A stretch of 53,899 nucleotides of DNA, counting the filler, from Stramenopiles sp. TOSAG23-6 (lineage: Eukaryota), in assembly GCA_900128565.1 (NCBI GenBank). It is 3 parts of 3 records of this genome, joined end to end, with 100 filler letters (N's around TTAATTAATTAA, not from the genome) between each part and the next. Parts side by side here need not be neighbours in the genome. Positions count along the whole stretch, not along the records: positions 18,074 to 35,959 come from LT636071.1; positions 36,060 to 53,899 come from LT636072.1; 1 more part is not named here. One strand, given 5' to 3'. The notes beneath the pieces were generated by a model. That model was not told the origin of the DNA. It did no database searches and saw nothing but the letters and a program-made list of their open reading frames with translations. Shown piece after piece: positions 33,640 to 43,260 of this stretch. Every line of letters begins with the position of its first letter. The stretch's first letter is position 1. Both the position numbers and the translations under genes were made by a program.

Positions 33640-35409
33640 TTATAATTTCATCATTTCTTTCCAATGAGGACTTAAGTATTGTGGATTCATAGTATTCAAA
33701 AAATGTTTTTGCCAGCGTTGATTGAAATGTTCCAATGCTACATGTATTTTTTTGTGATCTAATTTGGCTTTTGAGATTATTTTGTCGATTACAATTTTTT
33801 CATGTGGAATATAATCTTCATTGATTACTCGAGAATCTAACTGAGATGCGGCTAATAGCTCATCACGACTAACCACGTCACTAGATTTCCTATCAGAAGT
33901 CAACACACCATTATCAAAATAGCTACGAATAATTTGCTTTAATTCAACAATCCGTTGTTCAGGTAATTTATGACTACATTTGAGCAGAGCATTTGCAGCA
34001 CATCGAATCTTTTTTATATTGACATCGACGACTACACGTGAATTTCCATTAGAGTATTTAATACCAAGATCCCTGGCAATAGTCCTCTTCATTCTTTCAT
34101 CTGCTTTTTGACACTTCTCCTGACAAGTTACACACAAAAGTACTATACCATGAGAATCGTGACTCTTCATTTCATGAGGAAAATATTTCCTGTAACTATG
34201 AGGTATTACATAGTGACGTACGTAATTTTTATTGTTACCACAAGTAACACAGCAATTATTTTTTACTGCAGTGAAAAAAGGTGTATTTGCATCTCTACGA
34301 CCTTTGGGTTCAAAAGTGAGGCGGATTACAGTAGCAAGTTTTTTACCATCGTATCCATCTACTTCATTCTCTACAGTAGCCAATCCTCTTTTCATATACC
34401 ACTTCACTTTATCATGGTTAATCATTGCTATCAATTGTCCATCTGGTGCCAACATCCGCACATTATCATATAGTGGAGTGTTGCGTTTAGCAAATGCAGT
34501 ATATCTTTTCCTTCGTTTTCGTTTCAATAATAAACGCTTTTCATTATTATAAATGTTGTTTTGACATTTATGGCTCTTAGATTTGTCATTACGAAGACCA
34601 TCAATTGAAAATGGCTTATCTACTATTGGAATGACAAAGTTTCTGATATTTTCATTTATGTCAACATTTTTCTTTTTGTATGAAATGATAGATAATAATA
34701 AAGTACGAGAAACTATCGCATCTTTGGCTGCATAAATGCTCTGAGACATTGTCAAAGGCCAGTCTTCCCAGTTACTACAACGTAAGGCATTGGCTTTTGA
34801 TATTTCTATCCCAAGTAAGTGACGAGATAAATTGCGAAGACTTAAAGAAAAATTCTGATCTGGACAACAACCCTGACGTACCGCAAGTAATCGTAAGTCA
34901 ACGCAACCAACCACAGAAGTATAGCCCAAGGAAACATGCCTCATGAGTCTTTTTGCATCTTGGAGTACCGCAACACCTGATTTGATGAATTTATTGCTTG
35001 ATAAAATATAGGCCAAAGCTGGAGAGGGAACCGAAAAGTGTGAAATACAAAGTACAAACACATGTGTCTTTGTCGACAACTGAACGACAGCAGGTGGATT
35101 CTTTGGCTTCCCTTTCAAGTTAGGTTTCCACTCGACGTCAAATCCCAACAAAACCCACTCAGCTAAATCAGCTAAAGGCATCACATAACGCATCAAAGCT
35201 GCATCGCAAACGGCAGCTTTATTAATGACGAAACATTTGAGTGACTTACAAGTTGGTGAAAGTGACACCATCATTTTTTTCTGCGTCTTTTGACAGAGCT
35301 GCGCTTGCCGCTTGGAAATTCTTTGCCGACGACCTTGAAACCATGATATAAATAAACACGCTGACAGGACCAGTATCTCTTTAATCTGAGAACTTTGAAG
35401 TGTATTCAT
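33640..35409 (-). CDS. EXD2: Mirror copy of EXD2-like exonuclease
   Basis: Reverse complement of 18624-20393. Confidence 0.9.
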   Translation of the reverse strand: MNTLQSSQIKEILVLSACLFISWFQGRRQRISKRQAQLCQKTQKKMMVSLSPTCKSLKCFVINKAAVCDAALMRYVMPLADLAEWVLLGFDVEWKPNLKGKPKNPPAVVQLSTKTHVFVLCISHFSVPSPALAYILSSNKFIKSGVAVLQDAKRLMRHVSLGYTSVVGCVDLRLLAVRQGCCPDQNFSLSLRNLSRHLLGIEISKANALRCSNWEDWPLTMSQSIYAAKDAIVSRTLLLSIISYKKKNVDINENIRNFVIPIVDKPFSIDGLRNDKSKSHKCQNNIYNNEKRLLLKRKRRKRYTAFAKRNTPLYDNVRMLAPDGQLIAMINHDKVKWYMKRGLATVENEVDGYDGKKLATVIRLTFEPKGRRDANTPFFTAVKNNCCVTCGNNKNYVRHYVIPHSYRKYFPHEMKSHDSHGIVLLCVTCQEKCQKADERMKRTIARDLGIKYSNGNSRVVVDVNIKKIRCAANALLKCSHKLPEQRIVELKQIIRSYFDNGVLTSDRKSSDVVSRDELLAASQLDSRVINEDYIPHEKIVIDKIISKAKLDHKKIHVALEHFNQRWQKHFLNTMNPQYLSPHWKEMMKL

Positions 35410-35959
35410 TTCTAGCTCAAAAATTTATAGCCTTCAAACTACTTTATAACTACAATGGTATACAATGATTATCGCCATATTCCAATGTCTTTCTTGGGAT
35501 CAAGCTGTTTCTTGTGTGTTAGTATACAGTAGCTAATAGCTATTAATACTTGTGTATCACGTGTATCACCACTGAAACCGCTGAAACTATTCGCGATTGC
35601 GATTGCGCAATGCGGATATTGACCAATTTGACCGATTCGATTCACATGAATCATGATGTCGATGTCAGTCATCAGAATGATTCAAGTGCTAAGTGGTGAT
35701 ATAAAAAAATGGAGACTCTGTGATTTCTTATGAAATATTTATAATATATATAAATTTCAAGTTGAGAATTTTTTTGCTTCACTGTTATAACTTAAAAGTA
35801 TTAAAATGTTTATAAAATAGAAATCAATTCATTTTAAATAATAGATAGTATGAAATTCATATTTATTTATTTCAATTTCAATTGAGAGTATAATAAAAAA
35901 TAATTATTTCATCCATTTGTTTTTGTTTGTTTTTGTTTGACGTCTTTTTACACTAAAAA

Positions 35960-36059
35960 NNNNNNNNNNNNNNNNNNNNNNNNNNNNNNNNNNNNNNNNN
36001 NNNTTAATTAATTAANNNNNNNNNNNNNNNNNNNNNNNNNNNNNNNNNNNNNNNNNNNN
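35960..36059. other. Artificial contig-joining spacer
   Basis: N44-TTAATTAATTAA-N44. Confidence 0.97.
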
Positions 36060-36122
36060 TACGAAATTTTGTACCTAACAAATTTTAGTTTTTTTTTTTT
36101 GAAATATTTTTCCACAATATAT
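36060..36122 (+). other. 3' part of a non-canonical family intron at contig start (ends AT)
   Basis: TACGAAATTTTGTACCTAAC...GAAATATTTTTCCACAATATAT|GTA TTA TTT. Confidence 0.75.
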
Positions 36123-37898
36123 GTATTATTTCATGCAGTGATTGCCGAATTAAAATATGTCAAAGAGGGACATCGAGAGAGAGAAAATGCTACGGGTAAA
36201 ACAATATGCGGAGTGTATCTTGATCATGTAATTGCTCATGCAAAGAGGCAACTCAAGGCACATTCCGAAGAATTACTATTGAGACCGTCAGAAAAATGTG
36301 AACAGTCATCACAACTCGCAATGTTCGAAGCGATAAATCCAAAAAGTATCGCAAATTATTTCCGACCTAAACTATATGGTTTGGACCGTAACATTCGAAA
36401 ATGCATTGCTACACCTTCACGCATTAAATTTCTTGGTACTACCCATAGTGATACTTACCGATCAATCAATTTCTGTACGGATGGACGTGTGGGTTTTGGA
36501 TATTATGGGTCAGGTTGGAAGCGCAGAGAATTCAAAGGCTCGTTCTTTTTACGTCACGGAGCTGCAGAACGAGTCATCGAAAATGCAAGTAGCCCTAATC
36601 CCCTCAAGATTGAGGGAAGTAACGATACTGTATATCGTGAAGATCACAATGATAACCTACATCGAAATTTCTTCTACAAAGAAGAGAATGAAGAATGTTT
36701 TGAATCAATGATGAAGGTCAGTGTGCTCGACTCGGCTCTTTTTGGATATCCATCAATCCTCATGGCTAATGGAGATGATAATATGGTTTGGATTGGAGGC
36801 GACGGACGAATAAAAGGATACGATGTCGTAGCGGGTTTAGAGAAGATATCGACAACTTCGCAAGATGGCGATGATGACTCTGGCAATAATGAGGAGGAAC
36901 CAAGTCCTTTGCTTAAGTATGTTTTGGACTATACGAAGGATGCACAGGTTGAGGGATTGCTTTCTGAGGCAGAGCTTGTAGAAAAGCAAAAAGCATTCGA
37001 CAAAAAGTATCCAGAAGAGTATTCCTTTAGAGATTCCGATTGGTTACTTCAAACGAATAATACTATTCATTACCTCAAGGGATGTGTAGTGAAAAGTTGG
37101 TCACTTGATACGATTCAGCAGCATGACGGATCTTTAACGATGATGGACATTCATATGGAAGATGAAGACTTTAAAAAAAACTTTCCAGATACATCAAAAG
37201 TGTATGATGGCCGAAAATGGGTATGGATGGGTTTTGGTGATGAGGATTCTGAAGCAGAAGCTTCTCCAGGCGTCGCGCATACATCGCAAATCTTTCTGGA
37301 AGATTTTGGACGTCCTTGGTCGTGTGGCTATCTCCCAGACAATTCCGGTTTCGTGTTTGTATATGGCGCTGGCCAATCTGAAACATTTGCTGAATCATCA
37401 TTTTCATTGTATGATGCAGAGTTCCGCAAATTTGGATGTCTTGTTGGACATTTAGATTATGACGATGCAAATGTTGTGAAGCGTCCGTATTTTGATAATG
37501 GGAATGAAATTGTTACAAGTGTCCGAAATTGCGTCAAAATATGGGATTTGAGAACCTTGAAGCCGACAATCACTATTCAAATGAAAAACCATGGAGGGTG
37601 TAGCAATGCACTCCCAGTTTCTACCGCTAATGGTGCCCAATATTTATTTACGTCATCCTTTGGAAGACAAGGGACATCCGTTTGGGATCTCCGTATGAAG
37701 CGTGTTTTATATAAGATACCGGCTACAGGAGATCTTTCATGGGATAAAAAATCAATGGTGTTAACTGCCAGTGGTTTGGGGGAAGAAACGCAAGGGACGA
37801 TGTGGGATTTTTCCGTTCCTCCGAAGCAAGAGGAGGATAAATATGTAAAATATCATATTGCAGATTATTGGAAATGTGTTAGAAGTCAAAGACTGTAG
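36123..37898 (+). CDS. WD40-repeat-containing protein (5' truncated)
   Basis: LVGH...CVKIWDLR, TSVWDLR, DGRIKGYD WD-like motifs in a long ORF. Confidence 0.7.
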   Translation, partial: VLFHAVIAELKYVKEGHRERENATGKTICGVYLDHVIAHAKRQLKAHSEELLLRPSEKCEQSSQLAMFEAINPKSIANYFRPKLYGLDRNIRKCIATPSRIKFLGTTHSDTYRSINFCTDGRVGFGYYGSGWKRREFKGSFFLRHGAAERVIENASSPNPLKIEGSNDTVYREDHNDNLHRNFFYKEENEECFESMMKVSVLDSALFGYPSILMANGDDNMVWIGGDGRIKGYDVVAGLEKISTTSQDGDDDSGNNEEEPSPLLKYVLDYTKDAQVEGLLSEAELVEKQKAFDKKYPEEYSFRDSDWLLQTNNTIHYLKGCVVKSWSLDTIQQHDGSLTMMDIHMEDEDFKKNFPDTSKVYDGRKWVWMGFGDEDSEAEASPGVAHTSQIFLEDFGRPWSCGYLPDNSGFVFVYGAGQSETFAESSFSLYDAEFRKFGCLVGHLDYDDANVVKRPYFDNGNEIVTSVRNCVKIWDLRTLKPTITIQMKNHGGCSNALPVSTANGAQYLFTSSFGRQGTSVWDLRMKRVLYKIPATGDLSWDKKSMVLTASGLGEETQGTMWDFSVPPKQEEDKYVKYHIADYWKCVRSQRL

Positions 37899-38422
37899 CT
37901 CAAAGCTGGGCTGGTACCACACGCCGTTATAACATGAAATCAAAAAATGGAATGGCGTTCTATTCGAATATAATGAAATCTGAAAATGTATAATTCTATT
38001 CCATTATAAATCAATTCCAAAAAATCCCATTCATTCCATTATAAATCAATTTTTTTTTGCGTGAAATGCGTTATAATGGAATATAATTTTCTAAAAGTTG
38101 ATAAAATTTTCAAAATTAATAAAAACCTAAAACTAAAATGCTTGATGAAGCAAAGCTATTTTATATGATTCTATTAAGATTAATAGATCGATCTATGCAT
38201 CAAAATCGAATGAAGTTTAAATCTTCAGTATTTCATTATTTGTAAGTTACTTTCTCTTAAAATAACTCGTAGAAAAAACAAACCTGCCAATTAGATATTT
38301 AGATTACAAACGGGTCAAAAAAAAGAAAAAAGCTTGACATCATTTTTTTTCATTTTTTTTCTTAGTCTCTCTTGTGTCGTCTCTTGTTGTTTCTTCTTTC
38401 CATTACAAAGTTCAAAGAAAAC

Positions 38423-39611
38423 ATGCGACGTCGACTTTTGAAAGAGGCAGCGGCTTTATCAGAGCCAACGTATGGGTGTCCATCTCTTCATTTTGGATCA
38501 ATGACTTTTGGTTGGGCACAAGCCTCTTCAAAAGTAGATGATGCAGTAGCTTCAGAAATGTTAGAGCATTTCTCAAAAGCAGGACTTGGCACACATTTTG
38601 ATACAGCTCGCATTTATGCGTCAGGAGAATCAGAAACAATGGCAGGAAGGATTAGACCTAGTGGTCTGTTGGGTGAACAATTTAGAGTGGTAACAAAAGC
38701 ACATCCAAGTCAAAAAGATGGTTTATCAAAGAAAGGGTTGTGTTTTCAACTTGAGAAATCAATGGACGCTCTACAACTAAAGCATATTCCTGTACTTTAT
38801 CTACATCAACCAGATCCTGAAAATCCATTAGAAGAAACATTAGAAGCATTAGAAAGCTTAATTGAAGATGGTGTAATCGGTACTGTAGGTTTAAGTAATT
38901 ATTCTGCTGCAGAGGTAGAAAGGGCAGTTGAATTATGCAATTCACATGGTTGGTATAATGCTTTACCAACTGTCTATCAAGGATTATATTCACCTTTGAA
39001 TAGACGCGTCGAAACTGAATTATTACCAACACTCCGTGCGTATGATGTATCATTCGTTGCATATAACCCATTGGCAGGGGGAATGCTTTCTGGTAAATAT
39101 TTAAAACAGGAAAATGATCAAAACAATGTCCCAAATGTATTTTTTTCATGTACCATGTTTCGATTTTGTTTTAGTACGAAATTTTGTACCTAACAGATTT
39201 TTTTTCAAAAACAAATATTTTCTTACAATACATGGACGTTTCAAAGATAATCCAAATTATTTAGATCGATTTTATAAAAAAGATGTTTTCGCTGCAGTAC
39301 AATTATTACAAGAATCATGCAATAATCAAAACGATGAATTAAGTCTTACACAAGCGTCTTTTTCTTGGATGATGAATCATTCAATGCTTGGTAAAAATGA
39401 TGGCATTTTAATTGGAGCATCAAAAATTGAGCATCTAATTTCAAATTTGAATTGTTGTGAAGCAGCACAACCACTGTCACCTGTAGTTTTGGATGCATTT
39501 GATAAGGCATGGGAAATAACAAAGGAAGATTCATTTCTATATTTTCGTGGTTATTCAAAAGATATGCCACCAGAATTAAGAAACGGAGACGGTGCTACTT
39601 ATCAGGTTTAA
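38423..39611 (+). CDS. Aldo-keto reductase, AKR7A/aflatoxin aldehyde reductase-like, ~363 aa (exons 38423-39136, 39234-39611)
   Basis: FDTARIY, VTKAHP, LYLHQPD, GLSNY, PTVYQGLY, AYNPLAGG, ILIGASK; junction NNVPN-GRFKDNPNYLDRF. Confidence 0.9.
39137..39233 (+). other. Non-canonical family intron, GT...AT, 97 nt
   Basis: CCAAAT|GTATTTTTTT...GTACGAAATTTTGTACCTAAC...AAATATTTTCTTACAATACAT|GGACGT; phase 0. Confidence 0.88.
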
Positions 39612-39780
39612 TTAAATAAATTTATTTTCAATGCATGTAATCATCGTTGTTTATTCTTATTTTATAATTGTATTGTTTATGAAAAATATAAAAATAATTT
39701 ATACACATTTTTTTATTTTTAAGTTCATTTACTCTCAAGACATTTTTAGAAACAATAAAGAAAAAAGACAAAATTTTGTC

Positions 39781-41763
39781 TCACCGGTTTGGACCAACAA
39801 CACTACGAAGAACTTCCGTCGGGCTTTCTTCTATTAAAACGTTCATTGCTTCATCATTAGCTACCACAAGATATCCTGCAAAACCTAAACTATTCGTACC
39901 AATTTTTATATTTTGCTTCTCACAAAATCCTGAAATACGTGGAGCTACAAGCATCCAACGTTTTGTGAAAACTAAGCTGTAGCTCGGGCAACTTAGATCA
40001 CTTGTTCGATCATGGATTATGAAAAAATATTTCAAAAAAAATCGTTAGGTACAAAATTTCGTACGAAAAAAAAATTCAAAATTGAAATGAAAACGTACAA
40101 TTCCTTCATTTGTTGATTGTAAAGTATTTATATACGTATCTTGATTCATTGCATTACTTTTAAACAAAAGCTTTTTATAGTATTTCATTAACATAGCAAC
40201 TGTTGGGAAGCCATTGAATAATACACATGCATGTATTGTGAAAAAATATGTAATTCAAAATGGGTCAAAAAAAATCATTAGGTATGAAATTTCGTATGAA
40301 AAAAAAATAAATTTGAAATTCATGGTGAAAACATACATGCGGAAAGTTAAAACTATCAATCTTAAAAGGAATGCCTTTTTTATATTCATACTTTTTTGCT
40401 GTATTGAACATGCTGAATTCGATTGGAATCTCAATAGGACCGTTCCCACTTACATGAATATTTGTTTTTTCAGATAAAGAACTATACATTGTGAAAAAAT
40501 ATTTTTTTTTTTCGTAAAAAAAAATTGTTAGGTATAAAATGTACTATAAACCAAAAAATTACTATAAAAAAAATCATGATGAAAACATACTTCTCTAAGA
40601 ACCTTTTTCAAAATTCTAATTGGTACAGCTTGCATATGTTTATGTTTTTGAGATGCACCTGACGCAGGGCCTCCATTGAAGTATACCATGTATTGTGTGA
40701 AAAAACACGAAATCACAAAAAATATCGTTAGGTACAAAATTTCGTACGAAAAAAAAATTGAGTTGAAAAAAAAAAAAAAAGATACATGGCATTAACATCT
40801 CGTAATAAAATATGAGCTGCACTAAAGTCGTTTTGATCAAGTAAACTGGACTGCGGTGAAAAATTGCGAGTGACTAAAAGTAGATGCTCATCAAAGTATT
40901 TTGAAAAAATATGTTTATATTTGAAATTCGTTAGTTTATATTTTATGATTTTTTTTTTAAAGTAAAAAGAATAAATTTGAAAAGTTGAAAAAAAAAAACG
41001 GTTTTGTTTTCGTACGAAAAAAAATAAATTAAAAATTAAATTGGACAAAGTACAAGGCAGGAAATTTGTTTAAGAGTAAAACATGAGAACAATTTGGACC
41101 AAATTCTGGATCGATCACTAACCCTGGATCAGGGTCAGCAAATGGATCAAATGATTTTGTAGTTTTTTTTGTAGTTTTTTTTACACCTATTGTTCTGGAT
41201 TTTCTGTAGGCATTGAGAACAACAGAATTTATTTGAGATACAATAAACGAATTGCCTTTTTCATCTACGACTGAAATCGGAGAATGATGAAATTTTGATA
41301 TAGCTCTTGTCCGCTTTGCTCTGATATAACATTCTTTTATACTATTAAGTAGTTTTGTATTGCAATTTCTAACGTTATTATGATACCAGGCAATCATGGC
41401 AATTGCTGAACTTGAAAATAAAATGGTTGAATATCTGCGAGGAATTTTGAATATCGCAACAACAGATAACACAAAAAAAGAGAACAAACCAGTAGATGGC
41501 CATATTTCAACAATGGGTGATGATGACTCTGTTGTAAAATCAGGCGTACCAAAGACGGCTACAACCTTTTGTTTTATGGCAGCTTGTAAAATATCATCTG
41601 AACTATAAAGCTGTTTACCCTCCGAGACAAGACGAGTTCTTTCTCGAGACAACCGAAACCGATCACAGAGCTGCAACCAAGGGTCCGTATTACCATCAAT
41701 AGGAACTTTGCATTCTAGCCCTTTGAAACGTGCACATAATAGAATAGGTTCCAATATTTGCAT
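39781..41763 (-). CDS. Ap4A phosphorylase / ATP adenylyltransferase (Apa1/2-like) with N-terminal extension, ~474 aa (exons 41763-41054, 40893-40786, 40687-40591, 40483-40337, 40230-40099, 40011-39781)
   Basis: Spliced product contains FDPFADPD, LLLNKFPAFDEHLLLVTRNF.PQ..LL...DF, YFNGGPASGASQKHKHMQ (HxHxQ), SYSLVFTKRWMLVAPR, NSLGFAGYLVV; total 1425 nt. Confidence 0.9.
40012..40098 (-). other. Non-canonical family intron, GT...AT, 87 nt
   Basis: GGAATT|GTACGTTTTC...CGTACGAAATTTTGTACCTAAC...TATTTTTTCATAATCCAT|GATCGA; phase 0. Confidence 0.85.
40231..40336 (-). other. Non-canonical family intron, GT...AT, 106 nt
   Basis: CCGCAT|GTATGTTTTC...CATACGAAATTTCATACCTAAT...TATTTTTTCACAATACAT|GCATGT; phase 0. 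Confidence 0.85.
40484..40590 (-). other. Non-canonical family intron, GT...AT, 107 nt
   Basis: AGAGAA|GTATGTTTTC...TATACCTAAC...AATATTTTTTCACAATGTAT|AGTTCT; phase 0. Confidence 0.83.
40688..40785 (-). other. Non-canonical family intron, GT...AT, 98 nt
   Basis: GCCAT|GTATCTTTT...CGTACGAAATTTTGTACCTAAC...CACACAATACAT|GGTATAC; phase 2; yields NAM-VYFNGG. Confidence 0.88.
40894..41053 (-). other. Non-canonical family intron, GT...TT, 160 nt
   Basis: GCCTT|GTACTTTG...CGTACGAAA...AACTAAC...ATATTTTTTCAAAATACTT|TGATGAG; phase 2; yields NKFPAFDEH. Confidence 0.88.
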
Positions 41764-42048
41764 GATTAGAAAGACTATAATATGTAAAGCAGTAGTTGTA
41801 CTACGTGTTTGTTGTACACTTCGTGAGTCGTGACTCGAGAAATGTCAAAATATTAGGGTTGTTCCGGTTCGGGTTGGTCAAAAATCGACACGTCATCAAA
41901 AGTTTCAACAAAACATCACGATCAAACAAACGTCAAACACAATGTCATGTGAACTTGTCATCAAACCAAAAAAAGGAAAGATTGAATATAAGTTTCTTGG
42001 TTGGTTTAATTCAGATAAACTACAGAAATCTTTTTGTAGATTAAACAG

Positions 42049-43173
42049 ATGCTATTTTTCAAAGATTGGAAAATATTTGTGTTACTGCTAGTGATATCAC
42101 AGAAAACTCTATATGTGATATCCAAAGTTGACTGCCCTGAGTTAACGTTTTTCGAAGAGTATAAATCAGGATTAGATCAAGATAACCCCAATAGCCGACA
42201 GGTTGCTGTAGTAATGTTAGACGACCGTTCAATACTTCCCGTGGAAGGTAAATCAAAGTATAGTTTCTGGCAATATGCAATAGCTGTAAATCATGCGTAC
42301 ACTTCGGCGCATGGTTACTATTTTACACTTTTTCGACCACCAAATTCTTCTCAGTGTTCTGAGTCACATGATATCGAGGGAACTGTAGGTGCCAAACCTG
42401 TAACAGTTTCTACTCACTGGAATAAAGCGGCTGCACTTTTAACTGTAATGAGAAATTCCCAACTTAAATGCAATGATATTATTTTATATATTGACTCTGA
42501 TGCTGTTGTGAAGCGACAAGATATTGTACGTTTTATATGAATTTCTAATTTAATTTTTTTTCATACGAAATTTCGTACCTAACATTTTTTGTTGAAATAT
42601 TTTTTCACAATACTTACACCACTGGATTTTTTGCGAAAAGAGCGTAAAAATAATAGTGAACTAGCCAAAGAGTATCCTTGGAATGCGTCTAATATCGACA
42701 ATGCTTCAATTGTGGTAGCTGCAGGAGATAATGGAGATATGGGCGTGTGGATGCCATGGGGGTTCTCTGTTCAATGGGCTAATACAGGGGTGATGCTGCT
42801 ACGTAAATCTCGAGCCACAGAATTACTTCTTGAAGCTTGGCGAGATAGTACCTTTCGGGATGATATGACTTTTTATAGACAAAGATGGCCTTTTGATCAA
42901 GAAGCTTTTAATAGACTAATTTATCCTCCAAATAGAAACATGATTGCATTATTACCTATGGTTTCAATGAATAGTCCAAAAGGTCATTGGATTTCACATA
43001 TTTGGGGAGGTGAACGTGAAAAACGAGAAACTTATCTTAGACAGGCTGCAGAATCGCTTGGTCTGACTGACGATAAACTAAGAAGTACATTAGAAAATAT
43101 TAGTATTCAGCACTCAGAAGTTTTACCGCAGTGGATACCAAACACTCAAGGAAATATATGTAAAAGTAAATAG
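42049..43173 (+). CDS. Glycosyltransferase, GT34/GMA12-MNN10-like, ~344 aa (exons 42049-42525, 42616-43173)
   Basis: Signal peptide; motifs YTSAHGY, HWNK, LYIDSDA (DxD), NTGVMLLR, WPFDQEAF, ISHIWG; junction RQDI-TPLDFL. Confidence 0.82.
42526..42615 (+). other. Non-canonical family intron, GT...TT, 90 nt
   Basis: GATATT|GTACGTTTTA...CATACGAAATTTCGTACCTAAC...GAAATATTTTTTCACAATACTT|ACACCA; phase 0. Confidence 0.87.
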
Positions 43174-43260
43174 TATAAATTCTATGATTCATAATTTATT
43201 GTTTCTTAGTTTTGTTTCTTTTAATCAAGTAACTACAATATTCCACATTGTATTTGACAC

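Larger units (their letters stand above)
18074..35959. repeat. Contig 2: giant inverted repeat (arms 18074-25995 and 28038-35959; unique loop 25996-28037)
   Basis: x mirrors 54033-x; identical ORFs; mirrored Ns (25077/28956). Confidence 0.95.

Noticed and set aside
1-35959. Giant palindromes as real hairpin chromosomes or inverted duplications
   Set aside because: The arms are identical down to N positions and two neighbouring contigs both show it, which is typical of MDA chimeras or assembler fold-back.
39135-39231. Family as ordinary U12-type AT-AC introns
   Set aside because: Only 6 of 14 copies can be read AT...AC, the 5' end lacks ATATCCTT, and the branch motif is 30-50 nt upstream. 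Kept only as an alternative boundary pending RNA data.
40012-41053. Family as ciliate-like IESs excised from DNA
   Set aside because: All 17 copies are sense-oriented with donor- and branch-like motifs, which points to RNA-level removal. Not formally excluded without read data.
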